64,000 bases of DNA. It comes from Balanoglossus misakiensis. Its lineage: Eukaryota > Animalia > Hemichordata. Location of the stretch: contig CM082595.2 in the NCBI GenBank assembly GCA_040954595.2, positions 6,934,193-6,998,192 on the forward strand. The letters are read 5' to 3'. This document shows, one piece after another, positions 37,601 through 52,000 of this stretch. Position numbers and translations under genes: made by a program. The notes beneath the pieces were generated by a model. It searched no databases, was not told the origin of the DNA, and saw only the letters and a list, made by a program, of their open reading frames with translations. The first letter of the stretch is position 1; each line of letters opens with the position of its first letter.

Positions 37601-38341
37601 TAGCGAACCGTGGGCTGTGCATGTGAGAGAGTCTAACAGGGACGGTAACAAAGTGGCCATTATATGGAAGTGACCACTAACACAGGTTTGACTTGGATAA
37701 GCACAGCTTTATGTAAGAAGAACTTACCAGTGCTCGGACCCTACTGACTTTGCATACGTTTACAGCAGTGAGCACCGTTACCGAAAAGGGGCAAGCCATT
37801 TTATGGAAATCTTACCTACATGTACATGTACCTAGCAGTGTGACAGCATGTTCTTATAGCTATAGGTCACGCCTTAAGTTCATCATTATCTTCTTACATG
37901 AATTTTATGTCCGCTTTCTAGGGTTTGTAATCTATTTTGGGTATGGTATATGGAATAGTAATATAGAAAGAAGGTTTTCCGAAGGCGGCAGAGAAACTAA
38001 GGATGGAAAAGATACTTTGATTTTAGATAATACGCCGCCTCAGGTAAGAGTTGGGTTTACTGTCGTCTTTAGTCTAACTCGTAAAATCTTGAATTTCATT
38101 CTTTATCTCTCTGTGAATGTCGATTTGTGCCTTATACCTGCGTTCACAACCATACATACTTTCAAAAACTGTATCCATATTTTCTATAAAAAAAATCGTT
38201 TGGCTTACTGGTGGATATTGTTATAACAATTTGCTAAACTGACACTGCTTTAAATTTCTACAGATGACAACTGAGTCGACCGTGATACCTGCACATGCCG
38301 ATAAACAACCATTCGAAGACGACCAAACGCAGGAACCGTGA
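34682..38341 (+). CDS. SLC7A14: Cationic amino acid transporter family member, SLC7A14-like, 5'-partial. Exons 34682-34918, 35108-35313, 35695-36050, 36452-37308, 37922-38043, 38264-38341
   Basis: [102 protein letters not shown] and [10 protein letters not shown] are all present. GT-AG junctions join in frame. The exon encoding TM1-2 was not found in the window. Confidence 0.9.
37363..37692. mobile_element. Tigger/pogo-like MITE interrupted by a ~178-bp TAG...CTA element (37458-37635)
   Basis: The outer parts match the intact copy at 47010-47188. The insert has ends TAGACTTCCTCACA and TGTGAGAGAGTCTA. Confidence 0.7.
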
Positions 38342-41300
38342 GGGCGCTCTGCTGGAAGACTCAAACAGCACCATCGTCAGTGCGTCAGAATCGTGTCTGT
38401 TGAAATAACCTGAAGTCGATGGCACAGCTGTAGTCGAAAGCAAAGCAGAGTACACAAGTGGCATTTACTGAGAAAAAAAGATGAACACGACGTCCTTAAT
38501 ATATACCGATAATTACAATTGTTCATCGTAGTCTGTGGTTTTATGAGTCGAACATTAGTACATACTGTAAACTGAAATAACATGTTGACTGTATCACTAG
38601 GAATTAGAAAGTTTATCCGTATGCTCAAAGCACGTCTGCAATAAATGTGTAAATAGAATTGTAGAAACGCGACAAACTACAGCTTTTTGTTATTGGATTT
38701 ATGTCATTAATTTTTCGTTTTATTGATATCAAAACGATATGGTTTGTTTTGGATGTTTGTTTTCTCTACGTTACCTTGGTAATACATAAGCTAAAAGCTA
38801 ACACTACGATGAAATGCAATCCCTACTACGTTTTCAACAGTATTCTTTCAAAGTTCGGAAGTTGCAATATTTGAGTCATTGTTTACATGCATGTAACTAT
38901 TGTACCATACAATTGCTAATATTGCAAAACTACTGTAAAGCCTGACTACGTGACTGTCAAACCTATATATTATTTCCTAGATGTCATGGTGGTGTCCATT
39001 TAAAGCGCAAACTTTCTCTTTACAAGCACATACCCCACTGTGTCCCTAAATTATTCAAGAAGACCCCGCGAACCAGTATAGTACGTCGAAATGAGATTCA
39101 AAGTAGAAACACATTACATTCGTATTTGCAGTGGTGTACATTATAAGTTTCATTTCGCACATATTTTGATTTGTTAACAACTTTATTTTCCTAGAACTCG
39201 TATCCACAGTTGACTTTCATTGAACTAGCTTAAAGACATACGCATTCATACAGTGAATGTGTAAATAGCGTATAATTGTGGTGCACAGTTATGACTTATT
39301 CATGTGAACGATAAAACCGAATGAGTGTATAATTATCAATGGCGCGGAAAGAGAGACATCTGCATTCATGTGATCCATACATCGGAAATGGTCGATGTAG
39401 CTTTTATTTAGTTTAGAGATAACCATATCAAAAATTTAATGCAGGTTTAAAGCTTTTTCGTTTTACTAATAATTAAGGATCATGGGCATTTATTATTTGA
39501 ATTTTTTCATCTTTGCTACATTATTTTTACTTCGAAGAAACATTCACGGATACGACTGAGTATTGGCCTACGATGCTAACTGAGGCACATTTCAGATCGA
39601 TGTTACCTGGGTTTTTCACCTTACAAAATACACCACTAGCTCATTGAAACTACCACACCCTTAACATGGCCATCATTGACTGACGTCACTTTTATCATTT
39701 CTTTTGTGCAGTTGTTTCAAGTTCTAATTTTTATGCTTTCTGTGTTAATCAAAAGAAACTTGCCCTCGTTGTATACTTTCAGCGGCAGTTATAACTCTTA
39801 CTGTTGTCAGTATTCATATTTTGGGTGTGTAGGCTAACTCTTACGCACAAGCTATTCTTGTACATGTATTTATATACCCTCACAGTCAAACCACACAGGA
39901 CTTGAGGCTATGGCCTGTTGAAGCCAGCAGGGTCTGACGTCACCAATTTCACATGGACAGCAAGCAATAGCGACTTAACAGATTAAGTTAAAATACCAAA
40001 TCATTCCGGGGAAGAATTATCAGTTAGCCCTTTACATAAAATATATATATATTATGCTTTATCTTTCTACTTGGTAACAATAATATAGAATTTAACATCT
40101 TTTGTTATCTAGTTGAGACGGGTAATACAGTATATGTTATACAATAGATTTAGGCAATACAATTTAAGTGTAAAAGTACTGTATCTGTAAAATATTTGAC
40201 TCTATGTATAGTACACATTATTCGAGCTGTGATGGTCGATGATGAATAAATTATGTGCAAATGTAAATTTATTCAAGAATCTGTTTGCAAATGTTTAACT
40301 TCCTGATGTGTCTTCGTTACGGTGGGTTTGAGTGTACAACAAGAAGATTAAGAAGCATGACTGAGTACAGTTTGCGTGGATTGTAAAAACCATTGGCAAA
40401 ATTTCGTCGTCTGATCCAGGAAGGCTACTGGGCAGGCCTGCCTACAGTTGGCATGAATTGCAAAAGCTGTTCGCGAAAAAACGTTGTCCGATCCGACAAG
40501 GCTTGACCAGCCTTGGTACAGTATTTGTGGATTGCAAAAACCTTTCGCGAAAAAATCATCATCCACTCTTGCAAGGCTAGGCCAGTCTGGGTACACACTG
40601 CGATCAGAAACGCTTGGCTAGGAACAGTGTTTGGAATATATGGCCACACAACCAGTATTGTGTGTACAGTTATTGCATTACAAACTCATCCAAGCACACA
40701 TAGACAGTTCCCACACACACTGCTGGCTGACATTAGCAACACCAGCTTGGGGTTTAAAACGAAAAAAATCTGGCTTTATTAAAATAAATATCATGACCAA
40801 AAATAAAGAGGACACCCGCATAAAACGAGTGGTAAATAAAAGTTTGGACAGTGGAAAATAACCGAACATGCGCACACTCTCTCAACTCACACAATGAAAA
40901 TTGCAACATTTATCAGATCGCGCGGAAGTTACTCGCGCATGCGCTGCCAGCGGCGTGGGTCGTTAATTGGATTGGAAATTTGAAAAATAATTTAGAAAAT
41001 TGCAAACGGGTTTGAAACTAATTTAGAACCACGAAAAGACGAGAAGAAATCCCAAACAACACGAAAATGCAGTCGCCCGACAAACAGTCCGAGGGTGTGA
41101 AAACCAGGAGAATGCAGATGACAGCTCGGGTTCTCAAGTTTTGATGAACTCGATTACCCACGTGGTCAGCAGGAAAGTTTGAGGAAAATCCATATAAGGA
41201 AGCTGTATTTGTTTTTAATTTGGTACGCACTGGGCATCGCTAACCAAACAGAAATCTACGCCGACATCCCGGGGATTGGCAAGTGCTCTCGAAACTGGTC

Positions 41301-41866
41301 AACGACCGATTTATGCTTTCCTCTGCCCACCGAAAAGCATCGACAGCGCGGAGGTAACGCATCACGGGGCGGGACAGCCCGCTACTGGGTTCCGCTAAAT
41401 TTCACACACCCGGATCGCGCTAATAACTTCTCGCGAGCGCCAGTGAAACGATCCGCCAAGCCAAATATAATCTACCGACCTTGTTTCCTACGCTTGAACA
41501 TCGCCGTCCAGGGTAAACTTGTCTTTATTTTAGGAAAGAGTCGCATGGTCCCCAAGACACACCTCCATCTCTGTCCCAGTCCAGATCGTAAATGAACATT
41601 CCACTTTCTTTCCGGGGGGTGGCAGGGTGATCGGGTTATCTTCCGGCCAGGGCTTATTTGCATATCCACAACAAAAAGAAAGGACTATGGGCTTGTCAGT
41701 CGAATGAGGGCGGTCGGCCAGCCTAACTTTGCGTGAAAAACAGCTTATTTGTCCAATTTCGTCCAAGTTCCAAAGCCCGCCCTTCAATGTCACCGTCCGC
41801 GTACGTATTCATATTTTAACAAATGATTTCAAGTCTGTTTCTGAATTTATCTTGACTGTATACAAT

Positions 41867-42253
41867 CAGTGTTCGAAATTCGTAGGAAATATCAACCAGT
41901 CACCAGGACTGGCAACTTCAAAAAGTTGCCAGTCCTGCCAAAAACTTACCAGTCCTGATATTATACCTTACAATTAAATGTAATCAAATACAACTGAGAA
42001 GGTATTACCTCATCTTTGAACAATTGAAGATGGGATGGAATCATCTTTCAGTTTCTCTTTACATTACTTAGATCATTGTTTCTTTTATTTGCAATACATG
42101 AACTGGGGAAAGTCTAAAAGATGCCATGATACCACTGGTCAACTCCCACGCTAAAATCAACCTGTCTGTCGGACTGGTAACATTTTATTTTTACCAGTCC
42201 TACAGAAAAACAACCAGTCTCGGACTGTCGGACAGGCTTTATTTCGTACACTG
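41867..42253. mobile_element. hAT-like MITE
   Basis: TIR CAGTGTTCGAAAT / ATTTCGTACACTG with repeated subterminal ccagtc/ggactgg motifs. No exact 8-bp TSD. Confidence 0.5.
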
Positions 42254-43720
42254 AGTATACATAAGGGCCTTACAGCATTAATATTAATCAAAAACCATAC
42301 ATTCAAATGTCGATTTCATGTACAACATTCGACGTCAACAACATTCATAAATCCGCTTTGTAATGAGAAGTTTATTTAAAAACTTTATTCAAGTGGTGGA
42401 ATTTAAATAGAAAATTACAGACGTCAGATTCATAACTTTATTTGTCTTTCAGATTTGAAATAAAAGATGTTCCAATGTGACAACTTCTAAATATTTCATT
42501 GCAATTGTCAGAATCTCATATTGCATATAAATGACATTTGATTAGCCACACACTCCTGATAGTAAGACTCACAGTAAAGGCACTGTTTAAAACCACTCTG
42601 GTTAGTCATTCGGGATAATAACAAAACATACATGGCATTGAAATGACTTAACTGGCATTAGTTCATAAAAAGACAACCTGTACTGAAATACTGTTGAATT
42701 AAATACTGAATACTCTGCTGTATTTTTCTCATAGGAACTGCGCCGACACGCAAACATTTGTGTTGTGACCTTTTGACCTTTGTTTGTTTGTTCGTTATTT
42801 GTATTCACTCTCTTGCCTTGTGCGCCATATAAGGTTTGATCGTAAAGAATTGGTTTGTCTTTATTGCCGCTGGTAGTATCTTATACTGACACAAGTTTTG
42901 TAAATGAAATTAATGTAGATACAGTTTGCAAATCTGACGATGAAAATTTTGCACAGTTTGCAAACCTAATGCTTAAATGTAATCTGAATATTTTTTGACA
43001 TTATCCATTTAAAAACAACCTATATTTTTCCTTGCAGAGGTGTCTCTCAAAAACATTTTATGAAGTACACAAAACCCAAGCTGATACGGGCAATGACCTG
43101 CTGAGAAATCTGTTTCTCAGTCTCAGTTTCTGTAAACGAACTCCTCAATAAATCAAAATTTCATCTACTACAAACACCCAGTCCATTTACCATAATGATA
43201 CTAAAAATAGCAAAAAAAATTAATTTAAAAAATGACTCTTTGGGTGATAACATGTCAAAGTTTCAGACTACACAAAAAAGTAAAAACAGGTTAGTTAAAA
43301 TGTTTGAGAAAAAATATACTTGTAATTAGTATGTTGCCAACTCAAGCATGATCAAAGTATTTGCTTTACAAATAAAACAACCCAAATATATACACAGAAA
43401 CAAACCATTTATACAAATGAATACTGATAAAATAAAACAGTAACAGCCATTTGATTAATTTACTGCCGGCTAAAAAAGCAGAAGACTGATAAAAACATGG
43501 TTATAAAAAGTTACAACAAACAACAGCTCAAATCAAAGTTGACTATAAATTCCCTGAATATTAAAATGAGCTAAAGTAAGTGTCATAAACCTGGATTACT
43601 TAAAAAAAATCCTGTAAGAAAAGGTCACCATTGGGACTACCGCTTATTTGTAAATTGTATGTCCTGATTACAATGTAACAGGGTAATTGCTGGGATTTAC
43701 ACTTTTCTGTATTGAAGGTA

Positions 43721-43913
43721 CAGTAAAACATGTTATTTTCGCGAGGAATAAATTTTTGTGAAATACACGACAGCCAAAATAACGTGAAAATAAAAAGTCA
43801 CGTAAATTATTTTTCGGAGATAAAGATGCAGTGAATGAAATCAGAGAACGCGAAAATTAATACTTGCGAAACAGTGGCCTCTCTCGATATCGCGAAAATA
43901 AAGTGTTTCACAG
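43721..43913. mobile_element. Tc1/mariner-type MITE; same family at 53948-54156 and a fragment at about 49115-49195
   Basis: TA-flanked ends cagtaaaacatgttattttcgcg … gtgtttcacag. Shares the internal gtggcctctctcgatatcgcgaaaat motif with the other copies. Confidence 0.7.
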
Positions 43914-44485
43914 TATTCTCCTAATCACACAGGTTACTTATATGTAAAACAAAATGGGATATCAATCTGTCCCCTTGTACATGTACTCAAGTTTCCAGAC
44001 TATACAGTTTTAATATAAATGAGGTAAAAATTCAAAACCAATTTTTCCATATCAGACCTGGAAAGACCTGTCAGTACTCAACTGGTTTCTTGTTGGCACA
44101 GTCAAGTTTTTGATGGTCAACTGGAAACAGTGGTCAACATTCAGCCTTCATGAAATACACAATTTCAGAAAATGTATGCAGGAGTCAGTAAGTCAATGTA
44201 GACGAAAAGTGTTAACAAAATCCTCGTTGTTCAACGTGTTCTGAGTATTACAGCCCAAATAATGCAACACACTTATTTGCTGCATTGTACATCATGATGG
44301 CAATTAAGCCATCTGTCAGACGGACAGAAGATATTGTTGTTTCTAGTTTGCAGAAGTTTAGTCTTGATGACATTCCAGTGTCCACCCCAAAGGCCACTTC
44401 TGCATGGAGGACACTTCTGATTGTCGCACATTAATCCCTGGATAGTTTGCACGGGGAAGTGGAACTGGTGTTCATAGGAGATTTT

Positions 44486-44765
44486 ACACAGACCTAAGTG
44501 AGCTTCCTGGCTAATTTGCATAGATGCGGATGGTGCTCAAATCTAACACAGACCTGAGTGTGCTTCCTTGCTAATTTGCATAGATGCGGATGGTGCTCAA
44601 ATCTAACACAGACCTGAGTGTGCTTCCTTGCTAATTTGCATAGACACAGACGAATGCACCGAGATGCACATACATGAGTGTGCTTCCTGGCTAATTTGCA
44701 TATATGCAGATATTTGCTCAAATCTAACACAGACCTGAGTGTGCTTCCTGGCTTATTTGCATGGA
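44486..44765. repeat. 60-bp minisatellite (about 4.5 copies) in the RhoGEF 3' UTR
   Basis: Unit cacagacctgagtgtgcttccttgctaatttgcatagatgcggatggtgctcaaatctaa. Confidence 0.9.
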
Positions 44766-44813
44766 CACATACAAACGCAGAGATATGCACAGCGTTAGAG
44801 AACCGATCTCTAT

Positions 44814-47800
44814 TCAGTAAAGATCTCCGAATTTCGACTGCAGGAAGCACTGCGAGATACACAGCAGTCGATAGCGCTCTCGCAGATTCTTCGCACGTAC
44901 GTGCTGGCTGAGAATCTCTTCCACGTTCGCCGCAGGGAACCAACCCTTTTCGCCGTCGCGTAACCGCTCACCTTCATACCAGCCTGTAAGTGAAATACAA
45001 ACAATACAGGGGTCATGGCACTATAGCTCCACTTTTATGGCCATTAGCAAATGCTATGTAGAAAATCAATAACTGGGAAATTACTCAGATAAAATATCTT
45101 CAGAACTGCTTTTCGTATTCTTTAACACCATTAATTACCAGCACCGGTTATGTGACAAGACTCTTACAATTACATGTACTTATATTTGCAGTAACATATT
45201 TACCATCTGGTAATTTTCTGTAAACATTGATGATATCTGACTCTTCCAAGGACAGCTCGTCTGGCTCTGATGATGTGTATGCTTCTACACACTGGACTTG
45301 TGGACAATCTGTCATAGAGAATGAAAATGTTTTTAGTTTTAAAATTGGTATCATTTTTCACAAACATACTAATTCATACGGATGAATTAAAGGGATTAAG
45401 TCTCTCTCTCACTGCCCTCTTTCCATTAATTATGTTTGATACACGACACTGTTTATGTTAATCTACATGTGGATATATAGTGAATCAACGTTCAACCACA
45501 CACACCTTCCATCCCACTTGCAGACACTTTCATTTTGGCGAGATTTTTACTCTCATACCCTACAAACGGAATTTAATGAGTGTGTGGTTGAATGTTGATT
45601 CACTATATATATCCGCATGTAGAATAACATAAACAGTGTCTTGTATCAAACAGAAGTAATGGAAAAAGGGCGGCGAGAGAGAGAGACTTTGTCCCTTTAA
45701 TGAACAATGATGACAAAGAAATAAACCTACCCCAGGCTTCATAAACCTTGCCCTCTTCATAATCATCATCATCCATGTTATCAGGAGACAGGACGTCCAC
45801 CCACCGCTGTCTGTCACTCCTGTACCAAAGAATTATGACAAGAGTTATTTCTCTTACACTTCAAGAGGTTTTATACTGTCCACACTGCAACCTAAATACT
45901 TAAATTGGTTCAAAATATAAACAATTCAATATTACTTCTATTACTTACAATACAATACAATACAATACAATATAATACAATACAATACAATACAATACAA
46001 TACAATACAATACAATACAATACAATACAATGCAATGCAATGCAATGCAATGCAAAGCAATACAATACAATACAATACAATACAATACAATACAATACAA
46101 TACAATACAATACAATACAATACAATATACATGTACGTACAATTTACTTGTGTTCAGTATAATTTCCCGCTGTTTTTTCTGGTAATTCTCCAACAAGACT
46201 AAGATGAATATATTCATACAGTTAGCCGGCACACCTCGCTTCAGCAATGGATGCTGCTGAGGAAACTCCACTGGCTGAACCTGGCACATGTTACGAAGAC
46301 AGTGATCCTCGACCACAAAACTGCCATCACTGTGAACAGAGACAGAAAAGTATGATTTGATCAAATTTTGATGTTCACTCTTTTGTGTTGTTGTTGTGCA
46401 TATCAATCAACACACAGTTGAAAACAGTGATTGCAAGGGCTGGTGGTCACCTACAGCGAAAAACATACACTGATCCTAATTTTCCGCCCATTTGCAGTGC
46501 AGTATGGTACAGTCTAGTGCTACACAGCACAACATAGAGCAAAGCAGCACAGTGCAGTACAATGGAAAATAATATAAAAGAAACAACACAATGCAGTACA
46601 GAACAGTACAGTACAGTAAAGTACAGTAGAGTACAGTTCAGTTCAGTGCAGTGCAGTGCAGTACACTACAGTACACAGTACAATCAATAAAATACAATAT
46701 TATTATACAACTTTCAAGTAACATTTCTGTTACCTTCCTTGGGCACACAGTCATATTATCTCGGAATTAGTTCACAGGATAGAATGACTTACCTCTTTTT
46801 TCGTGTGACGAGAATGAGATCTGTAAACAGAAACAGATGGATCCGTTCCTGGACTGGTTTGATGGTTGAACTGAACGGGTTTCTCGATTTCACATACTTG
46901 ATTTCCGACAACTCTCCTTTCTTCACCAGCCATCGCTGCTCTGACACCAAAGCCATATGCTGAAAATGAATAATAGTTACAATAATTTTTCTTGGCAGAA
47001 AATTTACTACAGTCAAACCTCTCTATAGTGGCCAGTCAAGGGACTTTCCTAAACTGGCCTTTATAGACAGATGGCCTTTATATAGAGGTTAATTAACACA
47101 CATGTGAATTGCAAAGGGACTGTAACTAAGTGGCCACTATATAGAGGTGACCGCTATATGGGGGTGGCCACTAACAGGTGTTTGACTGTAGTATATAACT
47201 GTAGCATAAATGTAACAACTGTATTAGGCTGCTGATAAAACTGAATGACAGTTAAGAATTTTTCAATTTCATGTACGATAATCAAAACTTGCTTTTATCA
47301 CCAATTTTTTTACTGATATATAGTCCATTATTTTTACTTCCTATGATCCTGTTTCTTTGATATGAAAATGTCATATTACCTTGTTCATTTTCAACTGTTT
47401 TTGTATTTCATACATTTCGTAAAGTCTGTCCATCTTCCGAGCACCTTCATTACACTCACGCACGTTTTTCTTGATAGCAAGAAGTGCAGTCCTTGCTGAC
47501 TTGTATATCAATGTCTCCTCCTCCACACGATGAAAAATGTTCTGTGGAAAAGACGGAAAAAAAATAAGAAAATTTTAGTCTTTCAATAAGAAGATAAAAT
47601 ATAGCTGCAAGCAGCAATAGCGGGCCCAAGCCAACATAGCACATAGCACATAGCAACATAGCAATAAGCATATCTACTCTGGATGCCAAGATATGGTAAA
47701 GTAGGTCAAAGGTCAACTGAGTTCATGCAAAATTTGGGTAAGAAATTTTCACCCTATATTGGTCCATGTTCAACAAAAACCAAACCTATAGCCCTATTGG

Positions 47801-48998
47801 TTAGCCTGGAATTAGGTATGCACATAATTAATGAGGTAGGCAGGTGTCACAGGTAACCCCCAATTTTGGCTTTTCAATTTTAGTCCAACCCTCCAAACCC
47901 CAAGTCTGTACCTGCTCTGGATGCCAAGATCTGGTAAAGTAGGTCAAAGGTCACCTGAGGTCATGCAAAATTTGGGCAAGAAATTTTGACCCTATACTGG
48001 TCCATGTTAAGCAAAAACTAAACCTATAGCCCTATTGGTTAGCCTGGAATTAGGTATGCACATAATTAATAAGGTAGGCAGGTGTCACAGGTGACCCCCA
48101 ATTTTGGCTTTTCAATTTTAGTCCCAACCCTCCAAACACCAAGTCTGTACTTGCTCTGGATGCCAAGATCTGGTAAAGTAGGTCAAAGGTCACCTGAGGT
48201 CATGCAAAATTTTGGCAAGAAATGTTGACCCTATACTGGTCCATATCCAACAAGAACGAAACCTCTAGCCCTCTTAGTTAGCCCAGAATTAGGTATGCAC
48301 ATAATTAATGAGTTAAGCAGGTGTTACAGGTGAGCCCAAAATTTTGCCTGTTATTTTGGTCCCATTGTGCTCACTGCCCAATACACAGTCACTGTACAGG
48401 ACCGTTGCACAGACCAGAATTCCACACTAAGACGTGTAGTGTTCATAGCTTAACTATAGAGGTATAAGTAAAAAGGTATAAATTTAATTTAAAAAATTAA
48501 TATAAAAAAATCGGTCGATTTTTCATATTATTTTTTTTCGCTTAAAATGATTGACAAATGCTAGGCTAGCTGCACACCAAAGTTTGAGATGATCAGCCTA
48601 ACAGATTTTGAGATATGTATGCATATTTATCCAAAATAATATGTGGTCATAGCTTTACTATGTAAAGTATAGGCCGATGGCTTGGGCGAAAAATATGAAA
48701 AATAATACTTAAAAATCTTCTCCTCAAAATTGACATGGCCTATGGCCTTGACATTTGGCATGTAGAACCCTGGCCATATGGTCCATAAAGTATCTGAACA
48801 GAATTTTGATATCTCAATTCATATGCAAATTAGGCCGATTTGAAAATTTTGCCCATATATGGTCATCAGGTCACGTGACTAATTAAACATTCACGAGGGT
48901 ACTGCACCAGCTCTCATTGGCCTGCACCATTGTGCTAAGTTTGAAATTGGTAGGTTCAGCCGTTCTCCAGATCTAGCTGGACAAAAAAACGACACAAG

Positions 48999-49030
<32 letters not shown>

Positions 49031-52000
49031 GAAGAAAAATCCCAGTAATACCAATAGGGCCCAAGCCTGCTGGGCTTGGGCCCTAATGAATTAATTTGAT
49101 CACAGTTTCTACTGAGAAAAATTAATACTCGCAAAATAGTGGCCTCTCTCGATATCGCGAAAATTTCAACTCGCGAAAATAAAGTGTTAAACAGTATTCA
49201 TTTGACGTCTTGCAAAGTTATGTAATAATATATGTAAGATTCCTAAAATTAATTATGCCAAGGACATGGCCTCCACTGATTCAAATGGTATAAATGGATG
49301 GCTTTTACAATGCAATATTTTCCTTATATTCAGTAATTTTACTCAATGTAGATCACATGGGGGTATTCCACTTAAAGCTTTCACTGTTTCATTGTTATCA
49401 ATTAGTATGGTTGAATCCATAATAAGGAAAATGGGGGTGAAAGGGTGAGTGTTCCTTACTTCGATGAGCAATGGTAGTCTTGTGATTCTCTGCATAGGTA
49501 GAGTGATGAAAGACTGGAATGGAAGGGCCTCACAAACTGGTCTGGCTTCCAACTGTTTGACTATTTCCTTAAAACTAGCAGATTTTGCCCTGAAAGTTCA
49601 AATAGTCATAATGAACGCATGAAAACGGCATCAGATTCTGCACTAAAAATTCAAATACTGTATTTGCCTTAAAAAGGTGAAAATGGCATCGCAATTTTCC
49701 GTGAAAATATTTACCACAAATAAATGAGAATGACTGAGCGATCTGATGGGTGATAAGAAGAAACATTCACAAATTTCCCCTAAACCAACTTCCATGCCCT
49801 CCCCTACGTATCAGTTTTGGACTATCCCTTACATTAATTCTTCATAAGTTCTCATTTGTTGCGACTGGTTGCTGCAGTACAGAACATAGCACTGGAAGTG
49901 TTCCTCAGCAAACTTCTCAACGATGTCACAAACATCAACCAACACAATACTTTCTTCTTGTCTGTTCTCCATTGCGAGCAAAAACCTAAAAAATAAAACA
50001 TAAATTTATCATTATATACCTCCACAGAAAACACAACTATCTTTTGAGTTATAAGTTGTACTCAATAATGCAAGTAAATCAGTTTTGTCAATCCCAATAT
50101 CAACAAATTGAATGGGTACCAAATAACATTCAGGCTTATATACAATGTAACCAGGCTTATATACAATGTAACCAGGCTTATATACAATGTAACCAGGCTT
50201 ATATACAATGTAACCATGCTTATGTACAATGTAACCAGACATATACAATGTAACAAGCCTTATATACAATGTAACAAGCCTTATATACAATGCATGTAAC
50301 TAGGCTTATATACAATGTAACTAGGCTTATATACAATGTAACCAGGCTTATATACAATGTAACAAGCCTTTACTTTACATATTATAATGCATATCTCACC
50401 TTTCGCTGACATCTCGAATTGCCTCAATGTTGGAAAATAGTTGTTTTCTCTCCAGTTTTGACAGAATATGAATATTCTCCACAAAATTCTCAATGAAAAT
50501 ATTCAAACTGTGTAAATAGGAAGCTTCAGATGTGATCACTTCAAATATCGTCTGTAGGAACAAAGAAACATTTTGAAATAAATTGATGGCCGTTTTACCA
50601 GTTTTGGCCACAAATATAATCTTGGACACTTCAATATACACAAAACAGACAAATGTTAAAACACTACATGTATTACATGCACATGGTATTATCATAAGTT
50701 ACATCTTCTGTTACTTTCTGTATTTTAACTTATTCTACTTAAAGGGAAAAGTCTTTATCTCACTGCCCTTTATCCTTTGATTATGTTTGATACAAGACAC
50801 CGTTTATGTTATTCTACATTGTGGATATACAGCACACACAACTTCCATCCCACTTGTAGACACTAGAGTGAAAAACTCGCCAAAAGAAATAATTGGTGTT
50901 TACCATTCATTCATTCTGTTTGATACAAGACACTGTTTATGTTATTCTACATGTGGATATATAGTGATTCAATGTTTGTCCACACACAACTTCAATCCTG
51001 TTTGTCGGATATGAGAGTAAAAATCTCGCCTAAATAAATAAATGGTAAAGACCTATTATTCATTTTGGGTGAGTTTTTATGCTCATATCCTACAAATCAG
51101 ATGGAAGTTGTGCGTGGACAAACATTGATTCACTATATATATATATATATATATCCACATTTACATTAACATAAACCGTGTCTTGTATCAAACATAATTA
51201 ATGGGAAAAGGGCATCAAGACTTTGTCCCTTTAAGTGTGACCAATATGCCTACAAGAAAAAGGTTTCAAAATCTTAATTTATAAAGGAAAGGGGGGTTAC
51301 TTGGAAAAAAGGGGAGGAGTCGAGAGGAGGGTTTAGTCCTAAAACCTCACCTCTTGTAGTTTCAAATCATGTCTGGTTAGCGTCTTCAAGACTCCACTCT
51401 GTCGAACCTCGGGCAGGTCACTCCACAGTGTGCGTTGCAGTGTTCCGGCGCTCCTGTACGATGGCTTCGGAGCGGGAACGTTTTGATCCTTGTCTGCTTC
51501 TTCGTCTTCCGGGATTTCCCTCATCATCTGCGCGATCCGGGCCTTCTCTTCCTTCTGGTATTCTTGAAACATTGGTGCTGGGGTGATACAATAACAGAAG
51601 TGAGATATGATGCATCTCGTATATTTGACTTCTATTTTGGGCACATGTACCGCACAATTTTCCAGTATGTTGTATGCCAAGTTCATCACTTTTGTTTACA
51701 GTGAATCCTGTCATTACGGACACCTCTCTAATCAGGACACCTGTCTATTAAGGACATATTTTTCAAGACAAGTCAGTTTGAATAGAATATTACCTGTCTA
51801 TAAAGGACACCTCCCTATTTAGGACTCATTTTCCAGTCCCAGAAGTGTCCTTAATAGACAGCAGGTTTCACTGTACATTGGAAACACAGTGTATTTGATT
51901 CACACAGTGAGTTTTCAAGCAAAAATGAAACAGACTGTTGAAACAGACTGTAAAGCTCCTTACCCGTGTCAACATATCTGGATTTCTTTCTGTTTCTCTT

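Noticed and set aside
45905-46162. YNTIQ/VLYCI-repeat ORFs
   Set aside because: These are translations of a (TACAA)n microsatellite.
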